A stretch of 64,000 bases of DNA from an uncultured Gammaproteobacteria bacterium (GTDB lineage Bacteria; Pseudomonadota; Gammaproteobacteria; CAWCPV01): the NCBI GenBank assembly GCA_963797555.1, contig CAWCPV010000002.1:160001-224000 (forward strand). The letters run 5' to 3'. Of the stretch, positions 53,278 to 63,163 are shown one piece after another. The position numbers and the translations under genes were made by a program. Below the pieces are notes generated by a model. It saw nothing but the letters and a program-made list of their open reading frames with translations. It had not been told where the DNA came from and did not search any database. How positions within the stretch are numbered: the first letter of the stretch is position 1; each line of letters opens with the position of its first letter.

Positions 53278-56200
53278 GCGCCCACGAGCGGCTGCTCCGG
53301 CTCGCTGGGCTCTGCGGCATCGAGGCGGAGTATCAGGATGTCTGGGGTGAAACACGGCGCGTCCCCAAAGCCACCCTGCGCGCCTTGCTCAAGGCGATGG
53401 GCATCGCTGTCGCCACCGATGCCGCGGTCGGAGCCGCGCTGGCCGAGAGGGAGGGCCGGGCACGCTGCCGCCTCACGCCCGCGGTCGTCGTGGCTCGGGA
53501 GCGGCAGCCCGAGCTGTGGGTGCCGGTGTGCCTGCCCAAGGCCGCTGCCGGCCAGGCGTTCCGGTGCACGCTGCGGGAGGAGGGGGGACGGGAGCATGCG
53601 TTCAGCTTCTGCGGCGCCGGCCTCCCCGCGGAAGAGGAGTACGAGGTGGGCGGCAATCCCTATGTACGCTACCGCCTGTCGCTTCCCATACGCCCCCCGC
53701 TCGGGTATCACCGCCTGGAGGTGCGCGCCGAAGGCGGCGACCGCAGCGCCATCACGCAGTTCGTCTTGACTCCTGAGACATGCTACTTGCCCGAAGCGGT
53801 GCGGGCGGACAAGCGGGTCTGGGGCCCTGCTATCCAGCTCTATGCCCTGCGCTCTCGCCGCAACTGGGGCGTGGGGGATTTCGGAGACGTTCATAGCCTG
53901 GTGGACTGCTGTGTCGGGATGGGGGCGGATATCGTGGGCTTGAGCCCGCTGCACGCGCTATTTCCACACAACCCGTCCCATGCCAGCCCTTACGGCCCCT
54001 CCAGCCGCCTGTTTTTGAACGTCCTGTACCTGGATGTGGAAGCCGTCCCCGAATTCGCCGAATGCGATGCCGCTGCCCAGCTAGTGCGCTCGCGGGAGTT
54101 CCAACAGCACCTGCAAGTCTTGCGCAACCAAGAGCTGGTGGATTGGCCCGGCGTCGCGGCGGCCAAGCTGCGCGTCCTGGAGATCCTGTACCGCTGTTTC
54201 CGGGACCGGCAACTGTCGGCAGATTTGCCCCGCGGACGCACCTTCCGCGCCTACCAGGCTGAGGGTGGCACGCCCCTCCACCAGCACGCTGTTTTCGATG
54301 CGCTGCAGGAGCATCTGCACCGGGACGACCCCCGCATCTGGGGCTGGCCGGCATGGCCCGAGGAATTTCGGGACCCGGGAGCCCCAGCCGTGAGCCAGTT
54401 CGCCGCCATCCATTGCGAGCGGGTCGAATTCTACCAGTATCTGCAATGGCTCGTGGACGGCCAATTGGCGGCCGTGGGCGGCCGCTCGATGGAGCACGGC
54501 CTGGGCGTCGGCCTTTACTTCGATCTCGCTCTCAGCGTGGACCCCGGCGGGTCCGAAGCCTGGTCGCACCAGGGGCTGTATGCGCCGGACGTGACCATCG
54601 GGGCGCCCCCCGACGGGTTCAACCTCAACGGTCAGAATTGGGGCTTGCTGGCACCGACCCCCGAACGCCTCGTCGAGTCGGCCTATCAGCCGTTCATCCG
54701 CATCCTACGGCGCAACATGCGACAAGCGGGGGCGATACGGCTCGACCACGTCATGAGCCTGATGCGGCTCTTTTGGATTCCGGCAGGCGCGAGTCCGGCC
54801 GATGGTGCCTACGTGCGCTATCCGTTGCGGGACCTGCTCGGGATCCTGGCCTTGGAGAGCCAGCGTAGTCGCTGTCTGGTGGTAGGCGAAGACCTGGGCA
54901 CGGTGCCCGACACGCTCCGCGAGACCCTCGCCGCGGCAGGAGTGCTCTCTTGCCGCGTTCTTTACTTCGAGAAAAACCCTTCAGGCCGGTACAAGCCGCC
55001 CGGAGACTATCCTCCCGAGGCGCTGGTCGCCGTCACGACCCACGACCTTCCCACGTTGGCGGGGTTCTGGCAGGGACGTGACTTGGCGATACGGCGCGAG
55101 CTGGGTCTATTCCCCACCGAGGAGGTGCGTGAGCAGCAGATCCTGTCCAGGGCGACGGATCGTGCGGCGTTGTTGCTGGCCCTGGAGCGGGAGGGGCTGC
55201 TGCCGGATGGGATGAGTGCCGACCCGGCGTCGCTGCCGGAGATGACGCCGGCCCTTGTGCGCGCGGTACATCTCTTCATCGCGCGCAGCCCCGCGAAAAT
55301 CCTCACGGTCCAGTTGGAAAACGTCCTCGGACAGGCGCGTCAGGCGAACCTGCCGGGCACCAGCGATGAGTACCCAAACTGGCGCGGCAAGCTCGACATC
55401 TATCTCGAGGACCTGTTGACCGACCTCCGGGTGCGTAAGCTCAGCGACGACCTCAGGAGTGTCCGTGGAACAGTTCGTGCGGCTGCGGTGGCTCCCGCTG
55501 GACCGACGGCGCCGCTCCCCGCCCGCATCCCGCGCGCCACCTACCGGCTACAGTTCAATTGGGCGTTCACCTTCGGGCACGCGGCGGACCTCGTGCCGTA
55601 CCTGGAGGCGCTCGGAATCAGTCACTGCTATGCGTCCCCTTATCTGCGTGCCCGCCCGGGCAGCCCCCACGGTTACGATATCATCGACCACACCTCTCTG
55701 AACCCCGAGATCGGCAGCACCGAGGACTACACGCTTTTCGTGAGCACCCTGCACCGGTGTGGCATGGGGCAGATTCTGGATGTGGTGCCGAACCATATGG
55801 GCGTCGGAGGCAGTGACAACGCCTGGTGGCTGGGAGTCCTGGAGAACGGTCCCGCGTCCGTTTACGCACAGTTCTTCGACATCGACTGGGAGGCAGCCAA
55901 GCCGGAGTTGCGGGGCAAGGTCCTGCTGCCGACGCTCGGTGATCACTACGGAGCAGTTATCGAAAAGGGCGAACTGCAGCTACGCTTCGACGCCACGCGC
56001 GGCGAGCTCAGCGTGTTCTACTACGAGCATCGTTTTCCCATCGACCCCGTGACCTATCCCCAGGTCCTGGGTCACCGCATCGAGCGATTGGTTCTGGCCC
56101 TCGGGCCAGAAAGCCCCCCGCTATTGGAGTTCCAGAGCCTGGTGACGGCCTTCGAGCAGTTGCCGCCACGACGCGACACCCGTCCGCAGAGGGTCATGGA

Positions 56201-58448
56201 GCGGGACCGCGATAAAGAGATCCGTAAACAACATCTGGTCAGACTTTGCGACGCCAGTTCCGATATTCGGCGTTTCATTGAAGGCAGCGTCAGGGAGTTC
56301 AACGGTCAGGCCGGCGAACCGGCTAGCTTCGACCTGCTGCACCATCTGCTGGAAGCGCAGGCCTATCGGCTGGCCTACTGGCGTGTCGCTTCGGACGAGA
56401 TCAACTACCGACGCTTTTTCAACGTCAACGACCTAGCCGGACTCAGGATCGAGAACGAGCAGGTGTTCGAGGCCACCCACAGCCTGCTGCGGGATCTCGT
56501 CGCGCATGGTGACCTCGACGGCCTGCGCATCGACCACCCGGACGGGCTGCAAAACCCCTTGCAATACTACCAGCGCCTGGCGCGCTATGCGGTTCAGCCG
56601 CTGGTCACGCCCCTCGGGGCGGACGCTGGAGGTGATTCGAAGGGCTCCAGGCCCGGCGCCCTCTACGTGGTGGTCGAGAAGATCCTGGCCAGTTACGAGC
56701 ACCTTCCGGAGGAGTGGCCGGTCCACGGAACTACCGGGTACGAATTCGCCAATCAGGTCAACGGGGTGCTGATCTACGCCGGATCGGAGCAGCAGATGGA
56801 CCAAACGTACGCCCAGTTCACTGGGCAACGGTTGGACTTCGACGATCTGCTGTACGAACGCAAAAAGCTGATCATGAAGGTGGCACTTGCGAGCGAGCTG
56901 AACGTGCTGGCGAACCAGTTGGAGCGTATCTCGGAGGAGGATCGCCACACCCGCGACTATACCCTCATCGGGTTGCGCGATGCGTTAATAGAAGTCGTCG
57001 CTTGCTTTCCCGTTTACCGAACCTATGTGAGTGCAGACCAGATCAGCGCAGACGACCGGCGTTATGTGGAGTGGGCGGTGGCCCGAGCCAAGAACCGCAA
57101 TCCTGCGGTGGACGTCACGATTTTCGACTTCATCCGCAGCGCCTTGCTCCCTGAGCCGGCGACGGTGCAAAGCGAGGCCGCACGAGGGGAACTGGCAGCG
57201 TTCGCCATGAAATTCCAACAGTACACGTCGCCGGTAATGGCCAAAGGGCTCGAGGACACGTCCTTCTACATTTACAACCGCCTCGTGTCCCTGAACGAGG
57301 TCGGGGGCGATCCGCGGCGTTACGGGATATCGACGGCGGCATTTCACCGGGGCAACCAGGACCGGCTGCGCCGCTGGCCTCACACCATGCTGGGGACCTC
57401 GACTCATGACAGCAAGCGCAGCGAGGACGTGCGTGCCCGCATAGATGTGCTGAGCGAGATTCCCGCCGAGTGGCGGAGACAGCTCTCCCGATGGGCGCGC
57501 CTCAATCGTCGCAGGAAACGCATCGCCGAGGGCCGGCCCGCGCCGTCGCGCAATGACGAGTATCTGCTTTACCAGACGCTGGTCGGTGCTTGGCCGGTCG
57601 AGCCACTCGATACGCCCGCGCTGGAAGACTTTCGCGAACGCATCGCCGCTTATATGCTGAAGGCGGTGCGCGAGGCCAAAATCCATACCAGTTGGGTGAA
57701 TCCTCATCAGGAATACGAGGAGGCGCTGTTGCATTTCGTGCGCAGCCTCCTGTCCGGTCCGGACAAGAATCCGTTTCTTGCGGCATTCGAACCGTTCCAG
57801 CGACGCGTATCGCGTTTCGGCATGTTCAACAGCCTCAGCCAGGTGCTGCTCAAGTTGACCTCCCCCGGCGTGCCGGATATCTACCAGGGCAACGAGCTGT
57901 GGGACTTCAGTCTGGTGGACCCGGACAACCGCCGTCCCGTGGACTACGTGCGCCGCAGGGAGATGCTGGAAGGGCTGCGCCAGCTCGCCTCCGGCCCTCG
58001 AGAAGAGCGAACGGCTGCCGCGCGTGATCTCTCTCAGACCCTGGAGGACGGTCGTTCCAAGCTATACCTGACGTGGCAGGTTCTCAGCCTGCGCAGGGAA
58101 TGGGCAGAGCTGTTCGAGCAGGGTGATTATGTGCCCCTGTCCAGCGATGGTGTCCACGCCGACCACTTGTGTGCGTTCGCGCGCACGCACGGGGGTCGGG
58201 GCGTAGTCACCGTGGTCCCACGCTGGTGCGCCAGGCTGAGCGAACAATCCAAGAGCGCGATGCCCTTGGGGTCCATATGGGGCGATACGTACATCGAGGC
58301 CCCCGCGTTCGCGGGCGCTGCACACTACGAGAACGTGTTTACGGGCGAGACCGTTGCAGTGCAGACCCACAACGAGCGCTCGCTGTTATCGGCAGGAGAC
58401 GTCCTCGCAAACTTCCCCGTGGCGCTGCTGCGCATTAGCGCAGGCTAA
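53274..58448 (+). CDS. treY: 4-alpha-glucanotransferase (MalQ) / malto-oligosyltrehalose synthase (TreY) fusion
   Basis: GH77: SPYGPSSR, RLDHVMSL, GEDLGTVP, TTHDLPT; TreY: PRATYRLQF, DVVPNHMG, LRIDHPDGL, STHDSKRSEDVR. Confidence 0.92.
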   Translation: MSAHERLLRLAGLCGIEAEYQDVWGETRRVPKATLRALLKAMGIAVATDAAVGAALAEREGRARCRLTPAVVVARERQPELWVPVCLPKAAAGQAFRCTLREEGGREHAFSFCGAGLPAEEEYEVGGNPYVRYRLSLPIRPPLGYHRLEVRAEGGDRSAITQFVLTPETCYLPEAVRADKRVWGPAIQLYALRSRRNWGVGDFGDVHSLVDCCVGMGADIVGLSPLHALFPHNPSHASPYGPSSRLFLNVLYLDVEAVPEFAECDAAAQLVRSREFQQHLQVLRNQELVDWPGVAAAKLRVLEILYRCFRDRQLSADLPRGRTFRAYQAEGGTPLHQHAVFDALQEHLHRDDPRIWGWPAWPEEFRDPGAPAVSQFAAIHCERVEFYQYLQWLVDGQLAAVGGRSMEHGLGVGLYFDLALSVDPGGSEAWSHQGLYAPDVTIGAPPDGFNLNGQNWGLLAPTPERLVESAYQPFIRILRRNMRQAGAIRLDHVMSLMRLFWIPAGASPADGAYVRYPLRDLLGILALESQRSRCLVVGEDLGTVPDTLRETLAAAGVLSCRVLYFEKNPSGRYKPPGDYPPEALVAVTTHDLPTLAGFWQGRDLAIRRELGLFPTEEVREQQILSRATDRAALLLALEREGLLPDGMSADPASLPEMTPALVRAVHLFIARSPAKILTVQLENVLGQARQANLPGTSDEYPNWRGKLDIYLEDLLTDLRVRKLSDDLRSVRGTVRAAAVAPAGPTAPLPARIPRATYRLQFNWAFTFGHAADLVPYLEALGISHCYASPYLRARPGSPHGYDIIDHTSLNPEIGSTEDYTLFVSTLHRCGMGQILDVVPNHMGVGGSDNAWWLGVLENGPASVYAQFFDIDWEAAKPELRGKVLLPTLGDHYGAVIEKGELQLRFDATRGELSVFYYEHRFPIDPVTYPQVLGHRIERLVLALGPESPPLLEFQSLVTAFEQLPPRRDTRPQRVMERDRDKEIRKQHLVRLCDASSDIRRFIEGSVREFNGQAGEPASFDLLHHLLEAQAYRLAYWRVASDEINYRRFFNVNDLAGLRIENEQVFEATHSLLRDLVAHGDLDGLRIDHPDGLQNPLQYYQRLARYAVQPLVTPLGADAGGDSKGSRPGALYVVVEKILASYEHLPEEWPVHGTTGYEFANQVNGVLIYAGSEQQMDQTYAQFTGQRLDFDDLLYERKKLIMKVALASELNVLANQLERISEEDRHTRDYTLIGLRDALIEVVACFPVYRTYVSADQISADDRRYVEWAVARAKNRNPAVDVTIFDFIRSALLPEPATVQSEAARGELAAFAMKFQQYTSPVMAKGLEDTSFYIYNRLVSLNEVGGDPRRYGISTAAFHRGNQDRLRRWPHTMLGTSTHDSKRSEDVRARIDVLSEIPAEWRRQLSRWARLNRRRKRIAEGRPAPSRNDEYLLYQTLVGAWPVEPLDTPALEDFRERIAAYMLKAVREAKIHTSWVNPHQEYEEALLHFVRSLLSGPDKNPFLAAFEPFQRRVSRFGMFNSLSQVLLKLTSPGVPDIYQGNELWDFSLVDPDNRRPVDYVRRREMLEGLRQLASGPREERTAAARDLSQTLEDGRSKLYLTWQVLSLRREWAELFEQGDYVPLSSDGVHADHLCAFARTHGGRGVVTVVPRWCARLSEQSKSAMPLGSIWGDTYIEAPAFAGAAHYENVFTGETVAVQTHNERSLLSAGDVLANFPVALLRISAG

Positions 58449-58539
58449 GGAAATTGCACCGAGGGCAGGAGAGAGGCGCACCCCTAGCGCGAGGTGCGCC
58501 GTGCGCTTCGCGTCAACTTGATTGGCAGCATCTCGAACA

Positions 58540-59338
58540 AGACCGGGCGCGTCTGTTCTCGCTCATCAGTCACAATTCCTCTCGTCAGCCACGAGATCAT
58601 CGAAGCTCGATCTTGTTCCACTTGCTAGTTCCCGGGGGAAAGTGGCAGACCGAAATGGCAAGCTGCATCTCGTTGGCCAGACGCTGCAGCTCGCGCTTCC
58701 AAAGCCGCAGCCGATAACCGTTGCTGCCGCCCCCGTCAGCGGTGATCAATAATTGAGCGTGGGGATACCTCGCGTAGCCCATCGAGTGCCACCAAGACCG
58801 GCAGTATCATGATCGACGCCCAGGCTCATTGCTCGCGAGTCAAAGCGCCTGGTAGGTTTTCACCCGCTGACTGAGGTGCTCAAACTGGGCGTCGCGATCC
58901 GCCTGGCTCGCGCCTTCCAACATCTTCTAATTGATTTGCAAGGCTGTGACCCAACTCGTGCAGCAATTCGGCCACCAGCGTCGGATTACTTCGGTGCCCC
59001 ATGCGCCTGAGCTCATCGGAGAGCTTGCGAACGCTCTTGCTGGTCCAACGCAAGGGCGATTCGAAATGCCGGTCCCGCCAAGCCTCTGAGGGTTGGGTGC
59101 TTGTCCACGGCTCGCTTGCGCCCGCCGCCCGGCTTGCGGATGCGTCTTGGCGGCCTCCTGGCTGTTTTAGCCCTTCACATCTTGGCGCAACGGCACTGCG
59201 CGAAATACCTGTCTGTCGAGCAACGAGCGATATCCCGCCGTAACCGCTCACCTCTGCCGCGGCAACGAGTCGCCGCAAGCGTTCGTACAGAAAAGGCGCC
59301 AACGCCAAGAAGTGTCTCCCCACCAGCGCAGCATCCAT
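58540..59338 (-). pseudogene. ISAzo13-family transposase remnant
   Basis: LLITADGGGSNG, VCHFPPGTSKWNKIE and ESPLRWTSKSVRKL in broken frames. Confidence 0.8.
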
Positions 59339-59362
59339 GCCCCGCAGCGCAGCATCCAGGCG

Positions 59363-60448
59363 CTAGTGTAGTGCTTCATTCTGTTTAGAACTTAAACGTG
59401 CGTTGGCGCGGATGACCTTCTGCAGGATGTCCTTAGCCTTGGCGGTCCAGATGAAGGGTTTGGGATTGGCGTTGTGGGCATCGACATAGCGGTTGATGGC
59501 ATGGATCAACTCGGGGACGCTTCGAAACACGCCACGGCGCAACCGATCCACAGTCAGGTCGCGGAAGAATCGCTCGACCATGTTCGACCAGGATGCTGAG
59601 GTGGGCGTGAAATGGATGTGGAAACGCGGGTGTTTTCCCAGCCATTTCTGAACGTTGGGATGTTTGTGGGTGGCGTAGTTGTCGCAGACCAAGTGCAGTT
59701 CCTTGTCCTTGGGCGTCTCGCGGTCGATTTGGCGCAGGAAGGTGAGCCACTCCGTGTGGCGATGGTGCGGCTCGCAGCGGGCAATCACGGAACCCTCCAA
59801 GGTGTTCAGGGCAGCAAACAGTGTCGTGGTGCCATGGCGCTTGTAGTCATGGGTCATGGTCGCAGCCCGCCCCTTCTTCAGCGGCAGGCCAGGTTGGGTA
59901 CGATCCAGCGCCTGAACCTGACTCTTCTCGTCGCAGCACAACACCAAAGCATGCTCCGGGGGGGACAGATACAGCCCGACGATGTCCTCCAACTTCTCGG
60001 TGAATTTCGGGTCGCGCGATACCTTGAAGGATTCGACACGATGCGGCTTCAGCCCATGGGCATGCCACACGCGCAGCACCGTGGTGTCGCTCACTCCCAT
60101 TTCCTTAGCCAGGGTCCGCGTACTCCACTGTGTCGCTGCTAAGGGCTGGGTCTGAGTCGTGCGTCGCACGATCTCGGCGGCATCCACCTTGGGCTGACGA
60201 CCTCCGCGCGGCAGGTCACACTCGATGGCCGCCAGCCCGCCTTGCGCATAGCGCTCCCGCCAACGCCCAACCTGCACACGCCCAATCTTGAGTTCCGCCG
60301 CGATGGCCTTGTTCTCCATGCCCACCGCCGCCAACAGCACAATGCGCGCTCGGCGGGCCAGCCTCACACTCGTGGTGTTCGAACGCGACACACGCCTCAG
60401 GCTCCGCTGTTCTTCCGCGCTCAGTCGGACCATCGGGGCTACTCGCAT
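59363..60448 (-). CDS. IS630 family transposase
   Basis: CCDEKSQVQAL, HDYKRHGTTTLFAAL, DNYATHK and FTPTSASW..VERFF. Confidence 0.93.
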   Translation of the reverse strand: MRVAPMVRLSAEEQRSLRRVSRSNTTSVRLARRARIVLLAAVGMENKAIAAELKIGRVQVGRWRERYAQGGLAAIECDLPRGGRQPKVDAAEIVRRTTQTQPLAATQWSTRTLAKEMGVSDTTVLRVWHAHGLKPHRVESFKVSRDPKFTEKLEDIVGLYLSPPEHALVLCCDEKSQVQALDRTQPGLPLKKGRAATMTHDYKRHGTTTLFAALNTLEGSVIARCEPHHRHTEWLTFLRQIDRETPKDKELHLVCDNYATHKHPNVQKWLGKHPRFHIHFTPTSASWSNMVERFFRDLTVDRLRRGVFRSVPELIHAINRYVDAHNANPKPFIWTAKAKDILQKVIRANARLSSKQNEALH

Positions 60449-60528
60449 CAGTGCTCTCCTGTCTTGGCTTCATAGCCCTGGACAGCGATAGATCATATAT
60501 GTTCCGTTAATTACCAAGCACTACACTA
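59364..60528 (-). mobile_element. IS630-family insertion sequence
   Basis: Inverted ends CTAGTGTAGTGCTT at 59363 and 60529; intact transposase inside. Confidence 0.88.
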
Positions 60529-60557
60529 GGTTGATACAGTTATTTCACGACAGTCTC

Positions 60558-60872
60558 TCAGCTCAGGTCGCTCAGCGATCTCCCGCTGGCCAGCCATTCC
60601 TTCACCCAGTTGGGCTGACGGCCCTGGCCGGCCCAGGTCTTGCTCGCATCGTGGGGATGGCGGTATTTCACGGGCTTTTGGTCAGTCCCCTTTCCCTTCG
60701 ACGACCTGGGTGCGCGGAGTAGCTCGCTCAGGGTAAACCCGCGCTCCTCCGCATACTTCTTGATCTGGTCCAGCGTCTTTTTCTTGTTGGCCTTGCGGCG
60801 CCTCTCGATCTCCGTGTTGGCATCCTTCACCAGTCCACGCAGCTCCTCGATGTTCAGCTTGGACAAATCCAT
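60558..60872 (-). CDS. H-NS family nucleoid protein
   Basis: N-terminal coiled coil; VKYRHP..TWAGQGRQPNW DNA-binding motif. Confidence 0.88.
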   Translation of the reverse strand: MDLSKLNIEELRGLVKDANTEIERRRKANKKKTLDQIKKYAEERGFTLSELLRAPRSSKGKGTDQKPVKYRHPHDASKTWAGQGRQPNWVKEWLASGRSLSDLS

Positions 60873-61083
60873 GGCAGCTCCTCGTTTGTGGCTTATCGCT
60901 CAAGAAAGAATAGCGCAACAACGGACATCATTGTAAGTGTCGACAAACAATTTTCAAATAGGCGGCAGAGGTTGGGGTCAAGTCGGGAATTGCCCGCCTG
61001 ATCTAGGGGTCCGGCGGCTACGGGACAATGCAGTGTTGTACAGTGAGAGCCTGTGAATTTATCGATCTCGGCGTTTCTGGTGA

Positions 61084-61224
61084 GAGCTTGTGAATAAATC
61101 TGCTGCGCGTCCCGATAGCCGCGTTGCGCGGTGCTCGCTCCTCGCCTATCTACTTGATATGTCTCGTCGCTGCGCTCCGTGCGCCATGCTCTCGGGCCGC
61201 TCGCGACGATTTCTTCACAAGCTC
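61084..61224. repeat. MITE-like element
   Basis: TIRs GAGCTTGTGAATAAATC / GATTTCTTCACAAGCTC, flanking TGA duplication, internal hairpin. Confidence 0.6.
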
Positions 61225-61339
61225 TGAGGCAAGATCGCCGCCCATAGCCGAGGTGGGCTGGGGGCACGTGGCTTGAGGTAACACCGAGCACCGCCTGGAT
61301 TGTCAGCCGAACAGGTCCCCTGACGACAGCGTCTCATCG

Positions 61340-61970
61340 CGGGGCTTGGGTGGCCGGCCAGCCTTGCCGCGGCTCGCCTTGCGTCCGAGTGCCGCTTCTA
61401 CTTGCAGCCGGAAGCGCTCGCCGCCGAGCGCGAGTTTTCGTTGGTGGCCAACCGGATCTCATCGACTGTCTCCGGATCGAGCTCGCTGCGGACTAGCAGC
61501 CGATACGCTTCACGGCGTGCGGTCTCCGAACGGCCAAGCGCGAGGTACTGGGCGTGCGGTACCACACACTCGGACGTTTTGCCTTCGGCGTTCGCTCGGT
61601 AGCTCGACAGCGGTAATGGCGCGGATCACTGACCCTCTGCGCCCGCACGGGATTCAGTTCGATGTAGCGGTAACAGGCCAGCACATAGTTCTCTTACTGC
61701 GCTACGCAGGATCGAAAGCGGCCCTCCCACAGCGTCCCGCTGCGCCCTTAGGTGCGATTAACGTACTGCACATAGCGCTGGCCCAGATGCTTCATCAACA
61801 GCGAAGCGCTGTCGGCTTTCTGCGGCGTGAGCAACAAGTGGACATGGTTGGTCATCAGTACGTAAGCGTGGACCGCGCAGGCGAACTTCGTTGCATTCTC
61901 GGCCAAGTGCTCCAAGTAGAGCATGTAGTCCTCGTCGCCGAGGCCGAGAACCTCTGAACGGCAGCGCATG
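61340..61970 (-). pseudogene. Y1 (HUH, RAYT/IS200-like) transposase remnant
   Basis: HAYVLMTNHVHLL, LGQRYVQYVN and LACYRYIELNPVRA in broken frames. Confidence 0.8.
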
Positions 61971-62087
61971 CCCCGCCGGTGCGGTCCAAGTGGGTCATTC
62001 AAGGATTGGGGGCCACTTCAAACGTCCTGCCCTGTGGATGCGGAGGCGTTGGACTCGGTAAAGTGCATGACCATGCATGAAAGTCCG

Positions 62088-63100
62088 CTAACGCGTCGGG
62101 CCCCATTCGAGAGTGAAATGGCGGGGGAAGGGGGTTTCCAGTCCGTCGAGGCGCGTGTCGATCTGACCTGCACTGCCGGCCGCACGGCGCAGGCCAGGGA
62201 GCGCTAGCAGCGGCATCAGCATGGCGGGCAGCAGCGCGTGGTTGATGCGGTCGCCAAAACAAAGATGCACGCCGCGTCCCCAAAGCAGATATTGGCCCCA
62301 CGGCCGGTCGGTGCGCCATTTGTGCGGGTGCTGCACCGCTGCCTCGTCGTGCATCGATGACAGATTGGCGGCCAGCACCATGGTGTTCTTGGCGATGGCC
62401 GTGCCGCCCAGCGTACAATCGGCGACTGCGCGGCGGTAGATCACCGGGTTGACAGGGTTGAAGCGCAGCGCCTCCCAGATATGTCCGGCGACGAGTGTTT
62501 CGTTGCCCGCTTGCGCCGCAGCGGTGGCGCTGGCGAGGGCTCTCGGGCGGCGGAACAGTTCGTCGAGCGCGAAGCACGCGGCCTTTGACAGGGTGGGAAT
62601 GGCGCCGATCACGATACCGATCATGTTGCTGCGGATGCCGTCGCCCTGAAAGGCGACTTCGCCCGCGTCGCGCGCCGCGACCGCGCGAGCGATCAGCGTG
62701 TCTGGGGTAGGGGCGAGAACGGCCGCGTCGAGCGCTTCGCGGGTTTCGGCTGCGGCGGTCAATGCGGCGGCCTCGGCGGCGGCCTCCGCTGTCAGGTCGC
62801 TGAACAGATAGTGGAACATCGCCGTGGCCCAGGGGATCAGGTCGTCGACGGACGCCGTGTGCAGCCCGAAGTAGCGCTGCACCATCAGCGCGGGGATGCG
62901 GGCGGTCAGTCGCGACGGCAGGTCGATGCGGGCGCCGGCAACGGTGCCGGCATCAATGCCGGTTGGCGCGCCGGTGATCGCACTGACAGCTTCGGCCCGG
63001 ACCATCGGCAACACGATGCGCGCCAGGGCGACCGTGGTTGGCCGAGCCTGCCAGAAATCTCGGAACGGTCCCTCGGCGTCGGCCGCAAGCTTGCGAGATT
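62088..63100 (-). pseudogene. Cytochrome P450, probably 5'-truncated
   Basis: VIGAIPT I-helix, WEALRFNP (ExxR) and LWGRGVHLCFG heme motif. Confidence 0.72.
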
Positions 63101-63163
63101 CGCTTGTGCTTCCGGGGCGTGGTCCTATAGGTTCTCTTGAAGACAAAAGGCAGAGGCGGCGTG

